This document shows, one piece after another, positions 27,550 through 39,081 of a DNA stretch of 64,000 nucleotides. The translations under genes were made by a program, and so were the position numbers. Every line of letters starts with the position of its first letter. Within the stretch, counting starts at the first letter, position 1. This stretch comes from Haplodiscus bocki. Taxonomy: Eukaryota. The stretch lies in assembly GCA_965655095.1 (NCBI GenBank), contig OZ296650.1:61070001-61134000 (forward strand). The letters are read 5' to 3'. The notes below the pieces were generated by a model. That model was not told the DNA's origin, ran no database searches, and was given only the letters and a program-made list of their open reading frames with translations.

Positions 27550-30450
27550 CTTGGCTAAAATTCATTTGAGATTAGACACCTGCCATCCACTTGGAGCCCT
27601 TCACGTCATCCGTGACCAGTTGCACGCTAATGTTCAGTTTGAACACCAAGTTCAGATCCACGGGTCTGTAGTGGAAACGCAAGAAAACAGCGGAAGCACA
27701 TTAGAAAGTTGACAAGAAGTACAAGTTTGCGTAACATGACTGCGAACGGATGTTCAGGATCAATTTTTCCACTTTTGAACACTGGAGAGAAAGGAGCCGA
27801 ACTATGATGCTTCTGTCAAACGTGAGTTATTCAATTTCATTTCGTGGGGCACGTTTGTCCTTAGTGTTGGTCAGAAACAGGAAATTGAGGAAAATTTGGC
27901 TGATTGCTGGAATTCTCTTTCCAAAACTAGCTCTGGTGTTGTTCAAGACACAGACTTCATAATCAAACTAACACTTGATCACCCAATTCCCGTGTACCTT
28001 CAAAGTCCGCCAGCTCTGTTTTACGTACGTGTATAAATCTTGGTTGAATTGGCACTAATACAAATCCTGAATATCTTAAGTATGCTTCCTTATTCCCAAT
28101 TCATTCGATCGAAAATTGGTCGTCGGCAATTATCCAGAAAATAATGAAAACCTATTGACTTACGGTGAGTTAAACGTCTCATACTCCATGAGCACTGGAA
28201 GAGCAATTTTCCAACTTGATTCGAGACAGACGCCAACACTCCCTTCATCGTAAAACATTCGTTTGCTCAACTAGATTGTTAACCACAAATCTGTTGTGTT
28301 CGAAAAGCAGCTGACATCCTGTCCAATTCTTAGCATTGAGTTCCTTCCCTTTTTCTAACGTTCCGTATAAGTTGCTCAGCTGAGTTTCAAAACATTTAGG
28401 GCAGTAATTTTTGTTCTTCTTGTAAACATTTACCATCAACTAAGCGCTAATGTACGGAAACTTGCATGAGGATTTTGCAAGATTCAATGCTTTTGACGAA
28501 AAAATAGTTTCGTAAGCAACTGGTTTTGATTGTGTCGGTTAATAGTGTTTGGAACTACTTATTAGGGAAAACCGGTTGAAACAAGAACAAAAAATATTCC
28601 TTGCGATGTACAATTACATCTGAAAAAACTCACCCGGAACTAGAAAGAAATCGAAAGAGTTTTTGTTCTAGCACAATTTCCAATTAGTTTGAAAAAATTG
28701 AAACGCCTATTTAGCTGTGTACAACTTAACGCAACTGAAAACATTATTTTATTCTGAAAATGCTAACAACAAACAGAGAAAAAAGTTGCAAACAAGGACG
28801 ACCAGCTTTAATCTCTGGAAGTTTTGAAATCAAAAGTTACCCGTGCTACGAACCTTACCCTTCAAAATTTAGGCTTTCAGTAGGTTGTTCTCTAGTTCGT
28901 TGGTTCTCATTTCTCTGGAATTGCTTGAAGGTATTCAATTTTTCTAGACGACCAAAGTAGCAACGAAATTTAAACGGTGAAGCCAACTTCCTGAGGTTCG
29001 TGACTCGAAAGTGCCATTGAAATCAGACGTTGTGTAGATTGCAAGGGAAATATTAGGCCGGTAGTTCGCCGCAGATCTTTTTTAGTTTGTAGGCTGAGCA
29101 ACAAAACTGGTCCTAGTTTTTACGGATAACCGACGCCTAGATATTTTTGTTTTGTAGGAAACTTTTGCTTCATCAGTAGGGAACCACCTAGACCGAGTGT
29201 TTTGTTGTACAACAGTTGATTTGCTCACACTCCTAAATGAACAAAATCAGATGCAGTTTTTTTACGCATGCAAGCGTACTGTAGCATGAGTTTGAAAAAA
29301 CTCACCATTGACGTGATTCTACGTTTAATTGGAATTGAAACCAATGCCTCGGCACCAGATGTCTCTGTTCTTTTTTGCGTAAGCTAATCACTCTCAAGAC
29401 AAATATCTTACAGTTCCCTGTGAACGATTTCTAAATCATACAAATTTAGGCAGTCTAAATGAGAAATTTCGAGAAACTAACTCTAATGAAGAAGAGCTCC
29501 TTATAGGATTTTTCTCTCTTACACCAGCACATTAACAATAAGTTTTCTGGTTTGAGGATAACAAAAACGTTTCCACTTTTTTAAGAAAAAGGAGGCAATT
29601 TTAATTCAAGAAGAACGAAATGACGAAGCCGCTCGTAAAGTTGTTTTATGGAAAAATTGATGAGCTTTTGACCAGTGACTTGATCTGCCAAATAATTTAC
29701 GGAAAGATCAAAAACAGTTTGATGTGGTCGTTGTAGGAGATCATATCTTAGAATGTCTTTTCAACGACGATTCGGTAAACGTTCAATACAAGGAACCCTA
29801 GAACCTAAAACAATTTCGAGCCAAATTGTTTTCCGTCTTCATGATTCCATACCCACCGGAGAGTTTTCTTTTGCAACTATTGTTGAAGAATCTATCCAAC
29901 GCTTTCTTCCAATTTTTTGATTTGATAACCCCAGGGATCAAAATTTGCCAAGCAAGCATACAACAAGATTGCGCTGTGTCAAATTATTCGAAAACACCCT
30001 TACAACTACTGTCCTTGTTCGTTTTTTAGTTTGGTAAAACTTTTACAATTGATCTAGTTGGACCGTTGAAAGCATCACTTCACCATTATGAGTTGGCAAC
30101 AATGAATGATTTTCTCACACAAAACCTAGTTGCTGTCAACTTACCTTCTGTCAGAGCAGACAATATGCCGATTAATTCAAATTCAGTCTTTTTTGCCACA
30201 GTTTTATATTGCACAACATTCTGACCTTTTTCGCTACTTCTTTTTTTTCCAAAGTAGATATTGAACTCACAAAATTATTCTATATCAAGTGTAAACATGC
30301 AAATTTAAGACACCAGCAAAAGGTGGGCATTGGTGAACGCTCTCATAGCCCAATTCAACGTAAAATAAAGATGAAACCCACTGAGTCTTGAAAATAAAAG
30401 TACAAGCACGTTCAATTGGCAACTGCGAAATAGAAAATGTTCGACACTCT
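27550..30450 (+). mobile_element. Old, heavily decayed Ty3/gypsy pol relic (RT to integrase)
   Basis: IDLR (28154), QLDC (28268), integrase IDLVGPL (30048) and ERSH (~30335) occur in correct order. They parallel VDLRKIN, KLDCSQ, FDLVPEL and ERSH of the younger element. There are many stops and the boundaries are approximate. Confidence 0.55.
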
Positions 30451-32346
30451 TTTCAATTGTTGTAGTCCTGGTCTTTTTCAGAGACGCGACCATCTTGAAC
30501 AATTACACATGCGATCCACTGACAACTTAGCATTGAGAAAGATTCTCCAAACAGTAAAAATGTTTTTGCTTTACACAATGCCATGAATAAGAACTTCTGT
30601 GCACCGAGTCTCAGACTGATATGCATAGTCGAAACAGTGCTTCTTGCGATTGCAAAGCTGAAGCTTAGTCGTTTGAATTTTTTTGTTGTTCTACGTTTTG
30701 CAAATCGCAGAATAATGAAGCTAATTGTTTTTTGAGAGGTTCTTATCCAACTCTGACTCCACTGTATCGTGTTGAGAAGAAAATGACGAACACTAAGTTT
30801 CTATTTTCTGACGAATGGGAACTGAAGGAACATGATGTGTTCATCATTTTCATTTGCGAACTGACCTTTGCAATGTAAAGTTCAACATGTTTCTGTCATC
30901 AGTTTGTTTTCAATTAACACACTCCATCGTGGTGCTACCTTTGCAGAGGAGGAACTATGTTTGGTGGAAACATTTCTTACTTTTTGGAACATCCCACTAC
31001 ATTGGTTGCAACATTAAATGTCGCGGAAATTTCCACACCCCATTTTCAACGGTCTGTATTTGCTTTCATTTTTGCTTCATATCCTCTAACCCACCTGATG
31101 TGGCGCTGGACCAAGCGAAGACTAGAAGTGCCACAAAAGCCTGAGCGATATCTTAGTCGTACACAAATTTTTCTTCTCGATGACATTTCTGAGGATTCTT
31201 TTTTTCTCTAGAAAGTTTCCAAAAACTTACGGAAACACCCTTTTTTGTTGTTTCAGCCGGATTGAAGCCACTTTAAAAAGTCATGTGCAACTCTTGTTGA
31301 ATCTACCTCTACTCACAGACTGCACATGCCAAGATTTGCATTGATTTACTTACAGAAGAGGGAACATTGCAACGCATTCTACTCATTTCACAAGCGCGGC
31401 AGAAAAAAGTTCACAAATCGTCTAAATGGTGATGATAAAACCGGAAGCAAATCACGTGAGGCCTTCATTGAAGATAGGATACGCTTTCGGCCTTTTGTTG
31501 AGCCAAGCAATGCTAAAGTTGCAAGTGGATTTACTTCAGTCCTATACTTTTCAGTCTTTTCTTTAAAAGCACACGCGGCAAGCTTTTACACAGCACCAAG
31601 AAGAAAAAAATCTTGTTTTCCCTCATTAGAAAACAAAGAATGGTTTATATCTTCCAAATGATGCAAATGCAAACATTGACTGAACTATGGATCCGAAACT
31701 TTGCTGCTCTCAGCTCGTTGTCCCAGCAGTTGTTTCATGTCAAGTGATGAATGAAACAGAAATCAGATAAATTCAAAAATTATTGGGAATCAAAATGACA
31801 AATTAGAAATCAAACAATTTCCTAAATAAAAAAAAATTGATTACTTTTTGTCCACATTGCCCTGGTTGTAGACAGAATAAATGGACTGAATACACTCTTG
31901 GATTTTCATGTCCAGGATTTGGATTTTTTATCAACAAACAAAAGTATCAAATAGATAAAAAAAAGTCCTTGGACAGGAACAAAAACAAAATTTCCAAAAG
32001 CTTACCTTACGCTAATAAAAAATTTTTAAAAAAAATATTTTTCTATGGTTACTACTAATTATAATATAACACAAGACATGGTTGATAAATTAAAAATTTT
32101 AAAAAACAAAAGAAAATAAAACTTGTTTGAAAATACAGGAAAGTATTAAGATGAAACGAATTGTCATAGATAAAATGATAGTTTTCAATTTGAAGAAGAT
32201 CCTTTTTTAAAAAAGGCTCAAGGTTAAATTTTTCATAAAGTCTTATTATTAATGAATTTTTTCACAAAATAAGCCTCAGATAAAAAATGCGACTATAGTT
32301 TTTTAAGCTTTGTATTATACTATTATGAAAAAATTGAGTGAGGTGA

Positions 32347-35300
32347 GTGGAAAATTATGAGATCTCAGATAAATCATTTGAAGCTTTTTTCCTGTATAAA
32401 GAAAGACGCAAATTAGAAAATAGCCACAGATGTGATATTCGTAAAATTGATGTTCATAGAGCATCTTTTGCGAAACACTTAAGAAGTAAAAAGCACTCAG
32501 ACATTATAAAACAAGATGAAATGATTATACCAGAATGGTTATGTCAACAACCTATTGGAAATGAACCTGGAAACGAATATAATAGTAAAACATTAAAACA
32601 ATTAAATAGATGAAATATTAAAAGAGATGACAGAAAAGTAAATTAGGAATTGCCTAAATATATGATAAATCCATATTATTTTGCTGATAAAGCAATACAT
32701 ATTGGATTAAATATTACTCTAGATAGTCGTCATTGTAATCATGCTAATTCAATATTAACCAATAAACCAAAGTATTCAGAAATTCAAAACAAGATATGTT
32801 GATAGATTATTAAGAAAAAAACTGTTTTTGCTAGATTATTAAATCAATAAAATTATAAAAATCAAACAGTGTTTTCAACGAAATTTAATAAAAAAGCCGA
32901 AGATGGACTTCTGCTGGAAGAAATTGAAATTTTCAATATTTTAGGTATCAGCCAAAAAATAATACAGGATGGTATTGATAATGTTACTGTTAGGTTTCAA
33001 TTAGAACATCAGATAATAAATCAAGAAACGTAGGAAATTTTCATGGAAGTTTGATAGAATTAATTCGACGAGATTATGTTTTCATAAGACTTTCGAAATG
33101 AATGGATCAATTTTTGTGAAAACTCCAATGAGATCTTCAGCTATATTGAGCATTGAAAATGATTATAAATATTGTTTCATCGGTCAATACTAGCTAAGCT
33201 GCATCCTTGTGAGAATAGTCATCCTAATAGATTATCAAATTATCGACAAAATTTAAATGTAGTGTTGTTCAAAAATACGAGAAAAGAAATAACTTATCTA
33301 TAAACAAATTTGATTGAGGTTTTTATCAGGATCAAAGTAAATGGAAATATATATTAAAACCTATTGAAATTAGCGAAAACATTTCTGATAAATAAGTTAA
33401 TGACTTAATAAGCTTTGAAAATCATTAAAATCTCATTGAAAAATTACATATACTTTTAGGTAAACATGATAGTAAAGTTGTATGTAGACGTTGTTCGAGT
33501 TCTTATTCAAATCAAAATGTGTTATTGAGACATAAAAACGATGTAATGAGCAAAAAAAAACGAGTATTAAAACCTCAAATGAATCTCATTTGTATTGGAA
33601 TAAACACTTTCAAAAGAATCCAATATATTTTCAAATACGTTCAGATTTTGATGCTTATAAAGAAACTTGCACTTCTAAAATAGATAATGAGCTCAACACT
33701 GCTGTTACAAACACCAACAAAACAACTAATATTTATCAACAAAAGCCTCTATGTAATGGATCTTAAATAGTGTCTGAATTAAATGATATTTTCAAAAATC
33801 GTTAATATGAATCTCCTGTAGGATATAATAATATAGATTGGTTTGTAGATGAGGTTAAGAAATTAGAACGAAAATGGCTGTTTTTTTGAAAAACACTAAG
33901 AAAGGTATTTTAACGACTGAACAAGCTGAGGAACGCTGTAGAAATATAAACATTTGTAGATTTTGTGAAAAAGAAATAACCATTGATAAAGTTAGAGATA
34001 AATGCCTTTTGACGGGTAAGTATAGAGGATCATCTCATAGCAATTGTAATTTTAATGTCACATAGAGAAAATTAATTTTATACGATTTGCATTTGATAAT
34101 TTTTGTAATTATGATTAACATCTGTTCTTTTGAAGGTTAGTTGATAAAAAGAGTGATAAAGTAATTTTTGACTTTATACTTGAGAGATATGAAGAATAAA
34201 AACCATTATTACAAAGTTGTATTAGATTTATTGATAGTTATCGTTTTTCAATAATGGGTTTAGATGATTTGTTTAAAATCTTAAATAATAATGATTTCGA
34301 TATTTTGAAAATCAAATTTCCAAATAAATGGGAGTATTGAAAAACAATCAGCCTATCCAAATGACTAATTCAAAATATTGGTGATTATCAAAAACCAGTA
34401 GACTAAAAAACGCTTGTTCTAGTGGTGAAAAAAATTAAAGAACATACGAAAACAGTCGAATAGTTTATAATAAACGTGGAGAAGAGTTAATATAATTTTA
34501 ATTGAAAAGTGATGTTATTTTAATAGCTGGTACCTTTGAGAAATTTTAAAAATTATCTTTCAAGGAAATTAATATCAAATTTCTGTTTTGTGGGGTTCTA
34601 CTTGCCAGTGTGAAATGAAAGATATTGATTTCAGACTACAAATACTTCAATATAATGAATTAGTTCTAGCATTAGAGAAAAATATTCGAGGAGAAATTTT
34701 ATCAGTTTTGTGTGACAGATCTATAAAATCAGATGTAAATAAGGAGATACTCTATAATAATGCTAATAATTTTTAATGGTTATGCCATGAGTGAATCTCT
34801 ACCTTATGATGAAATTAAATTTGATAGAAATGTTAATTTGGAAGATGTAATAAAAACCCCAATGATGGTGATTTTGAAAATTTCGTTGAAGTAGATTTGA
34901 ATCATGCAGATGAAGTCAGGAAAAAGACAAACAATTTTCCAATTTGTCCTGCGAATAAACAAACTCCTAAAGATAAGTTCAGTAAATATATGAAAGAAAA
35001 AAAAACAAATTAATTATACAGAAAATAAGAAGTTAGTATGTGATTGGACAGATAAAAAGTATTGTTTACTTCTTTAAAGGATGTTGATTTTTTGTATTAA
35101 ACATGGGATGGTAGTTGATATAGTTCATGAGGTGATTTCATTTGGGCAAAGTAATTCGTAGGAAAAAAAGAATTTTAATACACAAAAAAGAAACAAGGCT
35201 AAAAAAGATTTTGAAAAAAACTTCTGTAAACTAATCAATAACTCTTTCTATTGAAAAACGATGGAAACATTTAGAAACAGAATGGTTGTAGAACAAAATA

Positions 35301-35988
35301 AAGAAGTAATATTGAAAAAAGTCTGAAACAACAATCAAGTATACCCTTCATTGTTTTTCATAATTCTTATACATATAATGATAGTTATACATTCAAGCAA
35401 AAAGAATTACTTATGGATAAACCAATTTACTTAGTGTTTGCAGTATTTGATGTCAGTATGTTACATATGTGTGAATCTTATTATGATGATTTATATCCAT
35501 ATTTTGGAGGAAAAAAATGCTTCTACATTATATGGATACTGATAGCTTCGTATTAAGTGTGAATACAAAAGGTATTAAACAAGACTCGAAAAATCTTGAT
35601 GATCTATTTGATTTCAGAAAATTGGGTGCAAATCATGAACTATTCAGTAATGAAAACAAAAAAGCGTTTTGGAAATATAAAATTGAAACTCCTAAAAAAA
35701 TGAATGGATGAAAATATTTGTGTAAGAAGTAAAATGTATGCATTTAAATGCGGAGATGATAGTGAAAATAAAGTAAAAGGTGTTTGTATATCTCAGTCGA
35801 AAAAATTTAGAATTGAGGAGTTTGAAAAATGTTTAGGTGGGAAAGATTGTCCGAAAGAATGTGATAAAAATTTAATGCGTTCAATTAATAATGAAATGTA
35901 TCTTCAACGAGTACTCAAATGTACACTATCTTCATTTGATGATAATCGGTTTCATGCAATTAATATTGAATGTAAACCTTGGAAATGA
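32347..35988 (+). pseudogene. Decayed protein-primed family B DNA polymerase (Polinton/Maverick/adintovirus-like)
   Basis: Ordered motifs: N-terminal zinc-finger-like CDI..IDVHRASFAKHLRSKKH; endonuclease-VII-like CRFC...KVRDKCLLTGKYRGSSHSNCN (33874-34065); PolB motif A-like ILYNNANN../G.AMS (~34750-34790); motif B KLINNSFY (35228); motif C YMDTDS (35529); RSKMY (~35725). The tract is very AT-rich with many stops and frameshifts. Confidence 0.85.
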
Positions 35989-38239
35989 AACTTATAGTTA
36001 TATGATACTGTGAAATTAATCAACAATTTTTACAAAAACCGCTTTGGCTCACAATACCATCCTAGCCATCAATGCATAACTGGTGACAGTTCCCCTTCTA
36101 CCTATCTAGTTGATAGACAGTTCCTCCTGGAGAATCACATGTAGTGTATGACAAAGACTGGGGATACGTATTAAGGAGTGAACGCCAAACACTCCGGCAG
36201 AGCTTTAACTTCTATCAATCTTATTCACGTACCATTCAACAAGCGGGAGGCAAAAGGAAGAGAGATGAAAAGTTTAAATATACATATTTTGTTATGTCGA
36301 CATAGTTGATAGTGGTGAATTTTTTCAGTCTCGTTTTCAATGTAAAAGTGCACGTGCAATTTTTTTTATCAATTCTATGTCCATATAAACGTTAAAAAAT
36401 CATGGATGAATTTTTCAAGTGTTGCGGAAAAAAACAAGTAAGTTAAAAATTTTTTTCTTGTTCCCGTGGACCCCCATTGATAATCCTGTTCAAAGTTTAT
36501 TTTAAAAAATTTATTCTTTCATTCTTGTTTACCCCCAGTGATATAGTATAATTTTTATTAGCTTTTTACCTGAATTGTGCGGCGCGCGCGTCTGGCCTCA
36601 AATAACTGCTATAACTGCTTATGTATGCAATAATTTTTCGTAGAAAGTTTGTGATCGTAATCTGGAGTAAGATTGTTTAAGAACCAATTTTCGCAGTGTG
36701 AGGCCAGTGAGCGCCTTCCCTACCTGACTTAGGTTTTTTTCTATTCCGCACTTTTTTTTGTAGATAGGTCGTCACTATCAAGCATGTGACAATTAGTATA
36801 TCAGGAAAAGCCAACATCTTCTACGTTTATCATTACAAATAACATTCCTCTCATTTGGCCTAAACACCATTGGTTCACAGTTCATATCTTATAGTTTTTC
36901 CAAGGGGATCATATGGAATACCAATGCACCGTTGCTCACAGGGCCAGTTCATTTTGTTGGGTACCGAAAGCACGTTTTTCCAGCAGTGTATCTCTAGAAA
37001 GCCGAATTGTTTAAATTCAGACGTTGTGCCTCCCTAACATCTAAAAACAAAAGACAACTACATAGAATTTGGTTGTTATCCATTTTTTTAACATTTTTTT
37101 TACCAGTGATAAAAATAGCAAACAGTTTTGCCCAGACATTTTATCGACTTTCGTACAGCCCGAAAAGTTTTGATTTCCCGCGGATTGGTCGCTTATCGCA
37201 AAACTTCAGACACTGACTCTTCGAACACTTAAGTTGATATGACTTCTTCATTTGCCTTCTTCAATTTTTTCAGGGTGGCTTGTCTTTCTTCTCTTTCAAA
37301 TTTTCAATCTTCTTCTTTTCCCCTATTTTGTTATCATTTTTAAAAACTCACTCTCAATCTAATCCCAATCTTTCACCGTTGTTTTCCCTGTTTGACCGTA
37401 AAATGCGCTGAAGAACCAACATTTTCCTCCTACTTCAGCTGACACTGACTGTATTCCTTGTTCCTCTCGCTCTGCCAATCAAATTCTTCCAATGGCATGA
37501 CTGTAATCGAATATTTCATGGACGTCGAAACCTAAGTTCTCAAAAACCTGCGGTCTTCAGCCTCTGGTGACTTTTGTCACCTTTTCGCCGTAATGTCCTT
37601 CAAGCAACGTTCAAAGAAAGCAGTGAGAAACACTGTGCGAACGTACCTGAAATGTTTACCTTTTCCACCGACTGGAAAAAAAACGCAGCTTCAGGTGGGT
37701 TGTAAAATTTTACTTATCTGGTCCTGTCGCAGCACGTCTGCGAAGCCTGCGGACAGACGATCCCTTCAACAAAGGACATCCCAGGTCCATCGAGAAAAAA
37801 GTAGAACTGTAGAAATACTCAAACTTACTCAAAAACTATAATTTCATTCATTTAAACGTTCGTTTCAACATTTACTCATTGATTTATATTTAAGGATACG
37901 TAGTAGATACGTATCCACCTAGTACGCACACATGTAATTTAGGTGGACGATACGTAGTAGTAACGTATCGTCCCATAACATTTATTTCATGTGATAGGCA
38001 CGTATCCGATAAGTGTAATTCTGGTGAACTGATCCTTATTGGGACGGAATAGATGCGGAGCAAACGAATATTCACTGTATTTTTATATTAATTTAGGTGC
38101 TATTTTATATAATTATTCTAACTAATTATTATTATATACATCCCCCTTTTTGATTGTGCAGTAATCTTTTGATTGACGGGTTTGACAAGTTTTCAATAGC
38201 TTAACTATTAGAACAGAGATTGACTTTAAAAGTGAATAT

Positions 38240-38300
38240 TTGTTCCGTATGTGTTCCGTCGTAACTAATTTGGTGACGTCACTAGAATTTGAGCCAATCG
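38240..38300 (+). promoter_or_regulatory. Conserved LTR promoter block with CRE-like palindrome (TGACGTCA) and CCAAT
   Basis: TTGTTCCGTA..GTTCCGTCGT.ACTA.T.TGGTGACGTCAC is shared with the solo LTR (5736-5780) and, with a few changes, the 3' LTR (~51876-51935). TGACGTCA is the established CREB/ATF site. Function is inferred. Confidence 0.5.
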
Positions 38301-38647
38301 GCTGTGCTACTGCGCTGTTTCACTTTGGACGGCCACGGGACGTCTACGTAGCCACCAGAATCATTCTCCTCAGTAGCACTGCGGCAGGCAGTGCTATAAG
38401 CGGCTACGTAGACGCCACGGAACGCTCCGGCCAAATTGAGGCCTGAGCTGGTGGAAACGAGGAGCGGGCTAAAAAATACGCCTAGTTTGTTCCAAACAGT
38501 GGTTTTAATTGATGCAGCATGTAATCATGAATCTTTTTATATTATACACCTCATTTCTCCATACTTTAAATTATTTTCCGACTGTATTACTGTATTTATT
38601 CCCTGTATGGAAATCACTTTGATCTTTTGTTTATGTTATTATTTATT

Positions 38648-38905
38648 ATGTCGGCGCGGGAAGAACCACTTTGATGTCCATTTCCGACGGATCGGACCGT
38701 ACTTTCTCCTGTCGAAAGATGGAAAAGACGCAGTCCGTGAGGGAAGAAATGGACAGAAAGGTGTTTATTTCCCGCTAGAGTCGGCATCCCTTTTCTTCGA
38801 TAAACAATATGATTAAAGTATTTTTCCCTCTTTGTACCTTGATCTGGCGTGTAAACAATTATGTTTCCCGCCAAGAAAATGTATAAATAGGAGAAAAAAA
38901 AGTAC
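38648..38905 (+). other. Two long conserved stem-loops in the LTR (38648-38787 and 38818-38905)
   Basis: Nested complementary arms ATGTCGGC/GTCGGCAT, GCGGGAA/TTCCCGC and TGTCCATTTC/GAAATGGACA. The second hairpin has GTA(C)TTTT/AAAAGTAC and TGGCG/CGCCA. Both are conserved in the 3' LTR and the solo LTR. Confidence 0.7.
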
Positions 38906-39081
38906 AATTATTTTTATATGAATTGTAGCCTTTCGGTAATGTACCATTTCGTTTCTTAAATCATTTGACTGTTTTATTCATCAATACCTTTTCCCTCATA
39001 CTAAGAGGAGATCGTTACTGAAAATAAAGATGAAATTAAATTCAGTGTTCACCGCTGACAAGATTTTTCCCTTCGAAGAAT

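Noticed and set aside
38648-38787. Hammerhead ribozyme in the LTR stem-loop
   Set aside because: There is no CUGANGA...GAAA core on either strand.
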